DNA of 64,000 bases from Azolla caroliniana (Eukaryota; Plantae; Polypodiophyta), in NCBI GenBank assembly GCA_043228905.1, contig JBHGNT010000009.1:13082001-13146000 (forward strand), given 5' to 3'. This document shows, one piece after another, positions 35,265 through 47,600 of the stretch. Within the stretch, counting starts at the first letter, position 1; each line of letters starts with the position of its first letter. Position numbers and translations under genes: made by a program. Below the pieces are notes generated by a model, which ran no database searches, was not told the origin of the DNA, and saw only the letters and a program-made list of their open reading frames with translations.

Positions 35265-37895
35265 TAGCTCCCCAGTAACATAACTGTTGTCTGCCCTAGT
35301 GAGAAACGATGCGAAGACTAAGGGCGGACTAGTGGATAGGCGTATTATTATAAACAAAGCGTTAGAGTAACGCATGTAACAGTTCACGCATGAAGCGTAA
35401 CCAGCTATGCCCTGCATATATAAAAGGCATAGGAACATTGTAAGAACTAGCGTAGTTTTGAGCATAACCAGTTTGATATAGTCATATTGTCTTTTCTTAT
35501 CTCCGTATTGATTATTCTCTGTATCTTGTGTCGATTCATAAGCGTATCCATTCTTAGGGTAAGTAACGTATTTGTGTACAACGACGTACAGTAGGAAGGA
35601 GCTCAGTTGTAGCCGTCTCCGGTTAACGCCATACCTTCACGAACACTTAGTGACGCTCTACCTTTGTATTACGCTGAGGCTAGACCTACTACGCAAATCC
35701 ATTTTCGGTACTCAACCTTCTTGAGCCATACCCTGAAGGATTGAGGGTAGACCGTGTTCCTAATCGGTAACACTTTTGGCACTTCTGGTGATTTGTGATC
35801 CTCTCAGCCGAGGCATTAGGGAATGGATGTCTAGCCACCAACGTAACCGATAACCAACTCGACAAGATCGACCGCGACCAGGTCCTTCACTTGAAAAGCA
35901 AAAGAACGCGCTATGTGGAAACCACAACTCAACGACTGCGTCCCGTCTCTCTCGGAGTATACACGAGGATCCACGCTCACCGAACAGAGCACCACTGGGC
36001 AAGAAGTCCTATCTCCACTAGACCAGTACAGTAAAACTACATGTTCTCAAAAAAACCCACAACACGTCGGAAGTACTTTCCTAAACGCTAGTCTCTCGAC
36101 TGGAATGGTTTTTTCATACCCTCGCTTCAGCGGAGATACTGACGCCGAGGGACACGTTCGGTCATTCCTCAATGTGTGGAACACAAATCATATGTCGCAA
36201 TGACTTCTGGATGCGGAAGCCCACACTTCAAAAATCGCAGAGTTCGGGCTAACCCTGAATGGGGAGCTACCCCCTGGCATTCCCAACTCGACATCATGAC
36301 GTCCGTATCCTTGGACCAACTCTAATCCTCGTTTTTACGCTTCTTTCATGGGAGCATTCCCCAACACAAGATCATCAACCAATTCTATACAATCAAATAG
36401 CTTCCATAGGAGTTCGTGGCGGATTTTAGCCTACGGTTCCAGAGTTTATGGTCACAGCTAGCACGCGCCCCAACAGAGGACGAAGCAAAAGAAACATTCT
36501 TGCTAGCTTTACAACGATCCCTCCGAACAATGTTAAATATGACAAATTTTATGGGCCAAATGGCAGATTCAGGCATCGAACGTGCGCTACAGCTCGAGTA
36601 AGAAGAAGACGACGAAGGGTTGTTTATGGCATTGCTTCGGCAGGCACTACCTAGGGAGGAGGAATACCATTTCTACCAAGCCATTCAATGCACAATCTGC
36701 TTGAACTCCAGGCACTCCGTGGTAGATTGTAATATGCGGATACATTGCCCCATTTGTCATTCCTAGGCACACATGGTGGACTAGTGCGAATATAACATGT
36801 TGAATAGGCCCACACCGTCAGTTCACCGTATGGAGCCTCGAAGGCACTACAGACACAACGACCAAGGCTGGCAAGAGGAGCGCTACCGTAACACGGAGCA
36901 GAATCAACATGCAGGAAGGCCGAACCACCACCACCGCAACAATGACCCTTCTTCCGACGAAGAGGAGCTAGAAGAAGAGGAGTATCCGAACAACGACCGC
37001 TACAACCCGCGTAGGGGGCGCCGCTATGATAACCGACGTACCACCAACAATCGTGGTGGACAGGCAGTGCCCCGTTAGTACGGAGGTAATCGCCAATCAC
37101 GGAACCAACATAATAACGATGAAAGTTTGGAAGAAGAACGGTGCCAAGATAGTCGTTGAGAGTATTGCCAGAAGCCCGCAACAACAGACGGTTTCAGCGG
37201 ACTCAAGAAGAACAGACGACACCCATGGAGATCACTTTAGCACTGATCGTTGAAAAAGGTGAGTCCAACATTCACTGTTTTGATTGCCAACAACTAGGTC
37301 ATTACGCAACTCAGTGCCCACGGTGCGATAAAGGGAAAAGGCCAGCAATGAATACGATCACCACAGACGTCCAACAAGCCACAATATGCAATAAGGCGAA
37401 AAACACGGACTGGGCGGAGCAAGATGAGATCCGCAAATCTGCATAGGCCTGGGTAGAGAAGGCAAATGAAGCCAATGTGGAACGCATGCGACAAGAGTTT
37501 GGCCTCACTGCCACACATATGGAAGGCGTGGCTCTAACGCCAAACTCGATATGGCAAGCATTGGCTGAGTGCAAAATTACGTTGACCATGGATAAATTAC
37601 TACGACTTGTCCCTCGATTTCGACAGATCGTGGAAAACCGGATGCGGGGCACAGATGGACTAGAGATTTCGGCCAACTATACAGAGTCTAGCACTGGCCC
37701 AATGGTGGTAGATCACCACAACCCAACCATCAAGGTGGTGCTACAAGGGCAGGAAATCACGGTTGCATTGTCGACGGCGACTCCGGGGTGAATGTGATCA
37801 ATAAAACCACATGTAACCGCCTTGGTATTACAGAATGGGAGGCATGCCCATTTTGGCTCCGAATGGTAGACACCCGTTCCGTCATACCATTAGGG

Positions 37896-40800
37896 TGTTG
37901 AGAATTGACGCTTCTATTCACCTTCTTATCTCGGCCACAACCGATTAATCGCGGATCAATGGAGCAGAAAATAGGAAACACACGTAGAAACAAAACGAAG
38001 AAACGCGAGTACACAAGGATTAACGTGGAAAACCCTAAACGGGGAAAAACCACGGGAGTACAAGACTCCAAACAACACTATACAGAGAAGTATACAATGA
38101 CGAGCTCCAAGGCGACGACCTTGAGCTCGCTGTCCTCGCCACAGGCGGCGGAAATACACAGAGGCGTCTACCTCTTTCTCTCTCGCGCTCTCTCTCTTTC
38201 TCTCTCTCTCTCGGCTGCTCTCTCTTCACTCCTCTAAAGTGGAAAAACAGAAAAATGAGAAGCAACAGAAAAACTGTTTGCCCTAAGTCATATTTATACT
38301 TATATGACTTTGGGCTATTTACAACTATAGCCTCAGGGGGCTCGTAGCGAACATATTCACGGATATGTCCCTGCATCCGGATCGCTCTCCGGGTACATTC
38401 GTCATCCGGCACCGAAGCCGGGGTCTTCGTCATCCGGATCCGAAACCGAAACCGGGCTTGTCGGCATTCATCTCCGATATCCGACCATCCCATCCGAAAG
38501 GGACCGAAATCCCAACAAACTCCCCCTTCACTTCGGCATGGGATGTCTTTCCAATCCGACCCTCTTCCGGCATGCTTCCAGCTTGTCGGGTGTGAGGACC
38601 TTGGTCAGCATATCCGACCCGTTCTCGTCCGTGTGGATCTTTGTCAGCACGAACTCCTTGTCTTCTATCCTTTCCCGGATCCAGTGATATCTTCGCTGGA
38701 TGTGCTTCGTCCGGGAGTGATAGGCTGCGTTCTTCACAAGGTGGATGGCACTCTGACTGTCGCAGTAGAGTCGGTACTCCTCTTGCCGGATACCGAGCTC
38801 TCTAATGAAGTCCTTCATCCATATTATTTCCTTGCCGGCTTCAACAGCCGCCATGTACTCCGCCTCCGTGGTTGACAACGCAACCGTCTTCTGCAGCCTC
38901 GACTGCCACGAAACAGCTCCCCCTGCATACGTCATCACATACCCTGATGTGGACCGGCTGGTATCTGCATCAGCCGACATATCAGAATCAGTAAAGCCTT
39001 CGAGTTCGGGCTTACCGGAGCCGAATCGGAGGCACACGTTTGCCGTGCCCTTCAGGTATCGGAGTATCCACTTGGCCGCGTTCCAATGCTCTTTGCCGGG
39101 ATTGCTCATGTACCGGCTCACCACTCCGACTGCATATCCGATGTCCGGTCTCGTACACACCATGGCGTACATCAAGCTCCCGACTGCTGAGGCATACGGC
39201 ACTTTCATCATATCCTCCTTTTCAGCCTTTGTCTTGGGACTTTGCTTGCTGGACAGCTTGCAGTTTGCAGGGAGGGTCGATCCGACCGGTCTTGCTTCCC
39301 ACATGTTGAACCGGTGAAGCACCTTTGTCACGTACTTCTCCTGTGACAGCCACAACTGCTTCTTCTTCCGGTCCCGGATGATGTGCATCCCTAGTATTTG
39401 CCTCGCCGGACCCAGGTCCTTCATTGAGAAGGTTCGGTGAAGAGCCTTCTTCAGCATCCGTATCTTGACCTGGTCCTGTCCGACGATCAACATGTCGTCC
39501 ACGTACAGGAGGAGTATTAGAGAGTCTCCTCCTTTGAACTTCTTCACAAACACGCAGTGGTCGGACTGCGTTTTGAGGTACCCTTCGTCGGTCATGAAGG
39601 AGTCGAACTTCCGGTACCATTGCCGGGGAGCCTGCTTCAGTCCGTAAAGGCTCTTCTTCAACCGGCATACCAGGTGCTCCTTCCCTTTCTTCTCGAATCC
39701 TTCCGGTTGCTGCATGTAGATCTCTTCATCGAGGTCGCCGTGAAGGAATGCCGTCTTCACGTCCATCTGTTCTACCTCGAGGTCCATGCTTGCCGCTATG
39801 CTCAGCACCGTCCGGATGGAGGTCATCTTCACTACCGGGGCAAATATCTCGTCGAAGTCGACGCCCTTCTTCTGCTGAAACCCCTTCACCACGATCCTGG
39901 CTTTGTATCTCGGGGGGTTTCCGGCATCTCCCGGTTTCAGCTTGAACACCCACTTGTTTCGCAGTGCCCGCTTTCCTTTCGGCAACTCCACAAGTTCATA
40001 TGTGTGGTTCTCATGCAGGGAATCCATCTCGTCCTGCATGGCACTCAACCACCTGCGGCTCTGGGTGTCATGCTTTGCTTCTTCAAAGCTCTCCGGCTCC
40101 CCTTCGTCGGTTAGCAGCACGTGCTCTGGTTCCGGAAATCTCCGGGGGGCTCTCCTCTCTCTTAGAGGATATCTCCGTTCGGGAGCTTCGGTAACCGGTT
40201 CTTCCGATTCTTCTTCTTCATCCGAATCCATTTCGGGATCGGGGCCGGTTCCGGTATCATTTTCATCTTCTTCGGCCGGTTCTGTTTCTTCACCGTCTTC
40301 GGCCGGATCCTCGAGTGTTAACCGGTCCCTTGCCGGTCGGGACTGCTCCTCGTAGAGTTGATCCTCACCGATCGACTTGGAGCTCTTCATCTTCTTCTCC
40401 GACTCCCAGTCGGCGAGTGTCTTGTCCTCCATGAAGATGATGTCTCGACTCCTGAATATCTTCTTGTCGACCGGGTCCCATACTCGGTAGCCGAACTCGT
40501 CGTCGCCGTAACCGAGGAATATGCATGGCCGGGTCTTAGGATCTAGCTTTCCTCTCCGGTCCTTTGCCACATGCACGTATGCGAGACACCCGAACACCTT
40601 CAGATGCCGGTAGGACACTTCCTTACCGGTCCACACTCTCTGCGGCGTGTCTCCGTCCAAAGGAACTGAGGGTGATCTGTTTATCACATATGTCGCCGTC
40701 GACATTGCCTCAGCCCAAAACCCCTTGGGTAATTTCGCATGCGCCAGCATACTCCGGACCCGCTCCATTATGGTCCGGTTCATCCTCTCGGCCAGCCCGT

Positions 40801-43255
40801 TCAGTTCCGGCGTCTTCGGCACAGTAAACTCGAGCCGGATTCCCTTCGAGCGACAGTACTCCTGGAACTGCCCCCGGTATTCCCCTCCGTTATCCGCTCG
40901 TATCGCTTTCAGCTTCTTGCCGGATTCCCTTTCCACTCTCACGTGGAGTTCTTTGAAGACGGACAACACTTGGTCCTTTGTCTTCATCGGTGCCGTCCAC
41001 AGTTTTCGGCTATGATCATCGATGAATGTTACGAAGTACTGGGCTCCGCCATGTGACTTCGTCTCTACCTGACACACATCAGTGTGCACCAACTCCAATG
41101 GTGCGCTACGTCTCGTCGGTGGCCTTGAGTGGAAGGAGGTTCGGTTTTGCTTACCGGCCAGGCAGTCGGTGCACTTCTCCAGGTGCACGTGCTTCACTGG
41201 GATGAGGTTGTCTTCTGCAAGCCTCTTCATCCCCTTCTCACTCATGTGGCACAGTCTTTTGTGCCACAGCTCACCGGCAGTGTCGGCTGCCACATTCAGC
41301 TCTTCCGGACATAACCGGGCATTCATCAGGTACAGTGTGTTGACCTTCCGGGCCCGAACCACTATCAAGCTCCCCTTGCTGAACTTCATGACACCGTTCC
41401 GGATGCTACCCGTGTAGCCTTCATCATCTAGCCTCCCGGCCGAAATCAGGTTCAATCGGACCTCCGGAACGTGTCGGACATCTTTCAGCAGCATTTTGCA
41501 TCCGGTCGGGGTTGTCAACCACACGTCTCCTATGCCGGCAATCCGGCACGTACCTTCATTTCCCATCCGAACACAGCCATGCTCGCCGGCTGTGTAGGAT
41601 GAGAAGTATCTTCTCTCCGGGGTCAGGTGGAACGATGCTCCGGAATCGACCACCCAGGTCGTCTCATCGCCGGCAACGTTTAGCTCACCTTCTTCGGTGA
41701 TGAGCATGATTTCTTCCTCACTTGCCGCGAGTGCCGTTGTTCCTTTCCGGTCTTGCCCTCGCCGATCCGAACCTCTCCGGTCCGTGGCTCCCCGGTATGC
41801 ACCGTTTCTCTCCGGTGACTTCTTCGAGTCGGTGTCGTCGGCTCCGTTGTCTTTTCGGTAATGCCGACAATTCTTTCGGAAGTGCCCCGGCTTCCCACAG
41901 TGGAAGCATGTGGGCCTTCCTCTTGACTGCGACCGGGTCCCCGACTTCTCCCGTCTTTGCGGACTCCGGTTCCATTGTCTTCCCCGATCCGATTCGGTAA
42001 ACAGCATCTTCGGGTCGGAGGCCGGTTCCTTATCTCTCCGACGCGCTTCTTCATTCAGAATACTTGTCTTTACAGTTTGTAAGGACAAGTTATCTTCGGT
42101 GCACGAGGTGCTGAGAGTCACCACCAAGTTCTCCCAGCTTTCCGGCAATGTACACATCAGGATGATGGCTTGCATTGCATCCTCCAACGGGAACTTGATC
42201 GCCGCAAGCTGGTTCACGAATCCCATGAACGTGCTTACGTGTTCCACCATACTCTCGCCGTCCCGATACTTGAGATTCACAATCTTCCTCATCAGGGAGG
42301 TCCGGTTCAACGCATTCTTCCTCTCATAGAGGCCAGACAGCTTCTTCCACATCTCGTATGCGTTGGTGTCGTTCGCCACATGTTGCAGGACGCTTACGTC
42401 GACATATTGTCGGATCGTCGCTACGGCTTTCCGGTTCAGGAGCTTCCACTCCGACTCAAGTACCCCCTTCGGTATTTCCGACCTGTCAATCGGTTCGTAC
42501 AGGTCCCGAACAATCAGAAGATCCTCCATCTTGATCTTCCAGTCGGCGTAATTCTGTGCATTCAGCACCATCATCATCGGCTGCCCGCTGCCGCCGCCTT
42601 CCATTTTCTGCAACAGTCGCTCTGATACCAGTTTGTTGAGAATTGACGCTTCTATTCACCTTCTTATCTCGGCCACAACCGATTAATCGCGGATCAATGG
42701 AGCAGAAAATAGGAAACACACGTAGAAACAAAACGAAGAAACGCGAGTACACAAGGATTAACGTGGAAAACCCTAAACGGGGAAAAACCACGGGAGTACA
42801 AGACTCCAAACAACACTATACAGAGAAGTATACAATGACGAGCTCCAAGGCGACGACCTTGAGCTCGCTGTCCTCGCCACAGGCGGCGGAAATACACAGA
42901 GGCGTCTACCTCTTTCTCTCTCGCGCTCTCTCTCTTTCTCTCTCTCTCTCGGCTGCTCTCTCTTCACTCCTCTAAAGTGGAAAAACAGAAAAATGAGAAG
43001 CAACAGAAAAACTGTTTGCCCTAAGTCATATTTATACTTATATGACTTTGGGCTATTTACAACTATAGCCTCAGGGGGCTCGTAGCGAACATATTCACGG
43101 ATATGTCCCTGCATCCGGATCGCTCTCCGGGTACATTCGTCATCCGGCACCGAAGCCGGGGTCTTCGTCATCCGGATCCGAAACCGAAACCGGGCTTGTC
43201 GGCATTCATCTCCGATATCCGACCATCCCATCCGAAAGGGACCGAAATCCCAACA
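37896..43255 (-). mobile_element. Intact, very recent Ty1/copia element (family F)
   Basis: 622-bp LTRs at 37896-38517 and 42634-43255 with no difference seen; TSD TAGGG; iMet PBS 42619-42630; PPT near 38520-38530. Confidence 0.97.
38528..42604 (-). CDS. gag-pol: Copia gag-pol polyprotein (Gag, CCHC, PR, INT, RT, RNase H), uninterrupted
   Basis: Single 1361-codon ORF with first ATG at 42604; CFHCGKPGHFRKNC, DSGAS, HTD...IRADNGGEY...AERMN, YVDD, TKHI. Confidence 0.97.
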   Translation of the reverse strand: MEGGGSGQPMMMVLNAQNYADWKIKMEDLLIVRDLYEPIDRSEIPKGVLESEWKLLNRKAVATIRQYVDVSVLQHVANDTNAYEMWKKLSGLYERKNALNRTSLMRKIVNLKYRDGESMVEHVSTFMGFVNQLAAIKFPLEDAMQAIILMCTLPESWENLVVTLSTSCTEDNLSLQTVKTSILNEEARRRDKEPASDPKMLFTESDRGRQWNRSPQRREKSGTRSQSRGRPTCFHCGKPGHFRKNCRHYRKDNGADDTDSKKSPERNGAYRGATDRRGSDRRGQDRKGTTALAASEEEIMLITEEGELNVAGDETTWVVDSGASFHLTPERRYFSSYTAGEHGCVRMGNEGTCRIAGIGDVWLTTPTGCKMLLKDVRHVPEVRLNLISAGRLDDEGYTGSIRNGVMKFSKGSLIVVRARKVNTLYLMNARLCPEELNVAADTAGELWHKRLCHMSEKGMKRLAEDNLIPVKHVHLEKCTDCLAGKQNRTSFHSRPPTRRSAPLELVHTDVCQVETKSHGGAQYFVTFIDDHSRKLWTAPMKTKDQVLSVFKELHVRVERESGKKLKAIRADNGGEYRGQFQEYCRSKGIRLEFTVPKTPELNGLAERMNRTIMERVRSMLAHAKLPKGFWAEAMSTATYVINRSPSVPLDGDTPQRVWTGKEVSYRHLKVFGCLAYVHVAKDRRGKLDPKTRPCIFLGYGDDEFGYRVWDPVDKKIFRSRDIIFMEDKTLADWESEKKMKSSKSIGEDQLYEEQSRPARDRLTLEDPAEDGEETEPAEEDENDTGTGPDPEMDSDEEEESEEPVTEAPERRYPLRERRAPRRFPEPEHVLLTDEGEPESFEEAKHDTQSRRWLSAMQDEMDSLHENHTYELVELPKGKRALRNKWVFKLKPGDAGNPPRYKARIVVKGFQQKKGVDFDEIFAPVVKMTSIRTVLSIAASMDLEVEQMDVKTAFLHGDLDEEIYMQQPEGFEKKGKEHLVCRLKKSLYGLKQAPRQWYRKFDSFMTDEGYLKTQSDHCVFVKKFKGGDSLILLLYVDDMLIVGQDQVKIRMLKKALHRTFSMKDLGPARQILGMHIIRDRKKKQLWLSQEKYVTKVLHRFNMWEARPVGSTLPANCKLSSKQSPKTKAEKEDMMKVPYASAVGSLMYAMVCTRPDIGYAVGVVSRYMSNPGKEHWNAAKWILRYLKGTANVCLRFGSGKPELEGFTDSDMSADADTSRSTSGYVMTYAGGAVSWQSRLQKTVALSTTEAEYMAAVEAGKEIIWMKDFIRELGIRQEEYRLYCDSQSAIHLVKNAAYHSRTKHIQRRYHWIRERIEDKEFVLTKIHTDENGSDMLTKVLTPDKLEACRKRVGLERHPMPK

Positions 43256-44603
43256 TAGGGTTGGTCAAGAAGCTACGGATAGTAATCGGCCGGCACAACT
43301 TTGAAATTTCCGTAGTTGTGTTGCCTTTGGACGCTCCACGGGCATATCTGATCTTGTTAGGAAGACCATGGTTGCGTTTTGCTAATATCAGGTAGAACTG
43401 GCAGCGCAATTGCATTAGCTTCCGTCGAGGGCGATGCAAGGTTCGGGTACCGACACAGGAGACATCTGCACTGACGAAAGCGATAACGCCACTATACGAA
43501 GAAGAAGTTAACATGGTAGAAGGGTTGGAGGATACGGAAAGCCGCGGATAATACCGTTGTTTGAAATAGACGTCCTTCAAGCTACTAGCGAGTACATTCC
43601 GACGAGTGCGCCGAACGAGGACAAGTACGAACCAGATCCTAAATCTGTGTTGGAGTTGAGCAAGGCACGAGAGGCATTCGAGAGGGAGATGGAAATCTCG
43701 TTATGAGTCACAACGTCGGCTTTGGAGGAAATCAATGTAGGCTTAGTCGAGGCACCAAGGCTACTATCAATCGTAAAGGACTTGATGCCAAGCGAAAAAA
43801 TGGTCATGATTGAGTTGCTACGGGAGTTTAAGGGGCTTTTCGCGTGGTCGCATGAAGACATGAAAAGGTTAGATTCAAAATTCTACCAACACAAAATTAA
43901 CTTGGCCACGTATGCGAAACTAGTTCAACAAAGACACTATCGTATGAACCCAAACTACGCGGCACGCGTAAAAGAGGAAATTGGCTAGCTCTTGAAAGCA
44001 GGGTTTATTCAGCCGGTAAAACAAGTGACACGACTTAATCGAATAGTGGTCGTACCAAAGAAAAATGGCAAAATACGCGTGTGTGTCGATTATCGCAAGT
44101 TAAATGCAGTCACAATCACTGACGCATTCCCTTTGCCATTTACAGATAGCGTACTAGACGCAATGGCAGGCCATGACATGTACAGTTTTCTAGACGGGTT
44201 TAGTGGGTATAACCAAGTACGCACGCACATGGAGGATAAAGAAAAAACCTCTTTCATAACCGAATGGGGAGTCTTTGTAGTTGTGGTAATGATGTTTGGA
44301 CTAAAGACCGCTCCAACCACATTTCAATGCACCATTACGGAGATTTTTGGCGACTTCATCCCTGCGTTCATGCAAGTTTTCCTCGACGACTTTGCGGTCT
44401 ATGGGATGCGAGGGGATCATCTATGGCTATGTTTGGGACGATGTCATACTTCACGCCTCAACCTCAATCTAGCCAAGTGCGCGTTTGGGGTCACAAGCAG
44501 AGCCCTTCTCGGGCATATCATGAGCAAGGACGGTATCGCGGTGGATCCCAGCAAAATCAAAGCCATCATCGAAGCTACAACCCCCAGTAATGCAAAGTCC
44601 CTT

Positions 44604-47600
44604 TGTTGGGAGACAGGTCCCTCCGGATGGGAAGGGGGAAGAACAGACCCGGTGAAGACCGGATGATGAGTACCCGGCTACGGAGAGCCGGATGGTGCAG
44701 ACCCGGTGAAGACCGGATGAGGAGTACCCGGCTACGGAGAGCCGGATGGTGCAGACCCGGTGAAGAATACTCACCGGATGAAGAGACATATTCGTAAATA
44801 TGTTTCTGAGAGTCCATCGAGGCTATATTTGTAAATAGTCGAAAAGTCATATTAGTATAAATATGACTTAGGGCAAACTTTTAGAGTGTTGTTGTTGTTG
44901 TTGTTATTCTTGTTGGCACAAGGAGAGAGAGAGCGTGGAACTGTGTACAGAGAGAGAGAGTGAGAAAGAGGCCATTGCCTCTGTTGTAACCGCTGCCTGT
45001 GGGGAAGATAGAAAGCTCGAGGTTGTTGCCTCGGTGCTTTACTGTTGTACACTGTAGCATAGTGATAGTTTGCAGTCTGTGGGCTGCCGTGGTTTTTCCC
45101 TTAGTTTGGGTTTTCCACGTAAACATCCTGTGTACACTTCTCCTCTTTGTGTCGTGTTTTATTTCCCGTTTTCTGTGTATGATTCTAAGCTCAGTTGTGG
45201 CCGAGCGTTGCGTATAAGGAGCGTTTAGTTCCCGTCAAGTGGTATCAGAGCAAAACAATACAGAAAATGGACGAATTGTTTGGCGGCATGTTCAAGCTCA
45301 CCGGCTCCAACTATTCAGTGTGGAAGTCGAAGATGAGGGACATGCTCGTGGTTAAAGACCTCTGGCTGCCGGTTCAGTTCAGGGACAAGAGACCGGACAA
45401 AATCGACGCCGCGATATGGGAGGTGATGCACATGAAGACAACGGCTTACATACGATGCTTCATCGACATGAGCCTGTACAACAACTTCAATGAAGAGAGC
45501 AAGGCTCATGAGCTCTGGGAGAAGATCGGCATTATGTTCTAGAACAAAAATGCTGTTAATCAGGTTTCGGTGTTCCGGAAGCTAGTCAGACTCCGGTAGC
45601 AAGATGGCTCCAGCATGGCGGAGCACATGAATGCCTTCCAGGGGTTGATCCACCAGGCAACTTCATTGGAGGTACCTCTCGCCGATGAGGTACTAGCACT
45701 ACTCCTGCTCGGTTCCCTCCCAGATAGTTGGGAGACGTTGGTTGTCACCTTGGGCAACGCCGGGCCGGAAGGGAAACGGTTATCCCTAGCAAGAGTAAAG
45801 TCGAGCTTGCTAGATGAGGAGGCGCGTCGGAAAGATAAAGATACGAGCTCCGATTCCAAAGCGCTCCTTACCGAATCGGAATGCGGAAGACATAGACACC
45901 TTACTCCCCAGAACCGGGAGAAGTCGGGGACACAGTCAAAGTCAAGGGGAAGACCCACTTGCTTCTATTGCGGCAAGCGGGCACACTTCCAGAAGAACTG
46001 TCGACATTTCCGAAAGGACAAGGAAACCGACGGTACAGATCCGAAGCAGATACCGAACCGGAACGGTAAAGACCGGAGGGGAATGGACCAGAAGGGGACG
46101 TCGGCAATCGCGGCAAGTGAAGAAGAGTTGATGCTCATCACTGAGGAGAGTGAGATAAACCTTGCCGGCGACGAGATGACCTAGGTGGTAGACTCCGAAG
46201 CGTCGTTCCACATTACCCTGGACCGGAAATGCTTCTCATTCTACTCAGCCGGTGATCACGGCTGTGTCCGGATGGGGAATGAAGGTACATGCCGAATTTT
46301 CGGCATAGGAGACGTATGGCTGACAACACCAACCGGATGCAAGTTGTTGCTGAAGGATGTTCGACACGTTCCGGAGGTTCGACTGAACCTGATATCAGCC
46401 AGTCGGCTAGATGATGAAGGCTACACGGGTAGCATCCGGAACGGTTTCATGAAGTTCAGCAAAGGGAGCCTGATTGTGGGTCGGGCCTGGAAGGTAAATA
46501 CGTTGTACCTGATGAATGCCCGGTTATGTCCGGAAGAAGTGAACGTTGCATCTGACACTGCCGGTGAGCTGTGGCACAAGAGGCTGTGTCATATGAGCGA
46601 GAAGGGGATGAAGAGGCTTGCTGACGACAACCTCATTCCAGTGAAGAATGTACACTTGGAGAAGTGCACTGATTGTTTGGCTGGTAAACAAAACCGGACC
46701 TCCTTCCGACCAAGGCCACCGATGAGACGTAATGCACCGCTGGAGTTGGTGCATACGGATGTGTGTCAAGTAGACACGAAGTCACATGCCGAAGCGCAGT
46801 ACTTCGTGACGTTCATAGATGACCACAGCCGGAAGTTGTGTGCCACACCATTGAAGACAAAGGACCAAGTGCTATCCGTCTTCAAAGAGCTCCCCGCGAG
46901 AGTGGAAAGAGAAACCGGCTGGAAGCTGAAGGCGGTTTGAGTAGATAACGGAGGAGAATACCCGGGGCAGTTCGAGGAGTACTGCCGCTCGAAGGGAATC
47001 CGGCTCGAATTTACCGTGCCAAAGACGCCAGAACTAAACGGACTGGCCGAGAGGATGAATCGGACCATAATGGAGAGGGTCCGGAGTATGCTAGCGCATG
47101 CAAAACTACCCAAGAAGTTTTGGGCTGAGGCATTGTCGACGACGACATATGTGATAAATAGATCACCCTCAGTACCCTTGGACGGAGACACGCCACAGAC
47201 AATGTGGACGGGTAAGGAAGTATCCTACCGGCATCTGAAGGTGTTCGGGTGTCTCGCGTACGTGCATGTAGCTAAGGACCGGAGAGGAAAGTTAGATCCA
47301 AAGACCCGACCATGCATATTCCTCGGTTATGGTGACGATGAATTCAGCTACAGAGTGTGGGACCTGGTCGACAAGAAGGTGTTCCGGAGTCGAGATATTA
47401 TCTTCATGGAGGACAAGACGCTCGCCGACTAGGAGTCGGAGAAGAAGATAACGAACTCCGAGTCGACCGGTAAGGATCGACTCTCCGATGAGCAGACCCA
47501 ACCGGCAAGAGACCGGTTAGCACTCGAGGGACAAGCCGGTTACGGTGAGGATACCGAACAGGCTGAAGAAGAAGTAGAGGAAGCTAAAACCGGAACCGAC

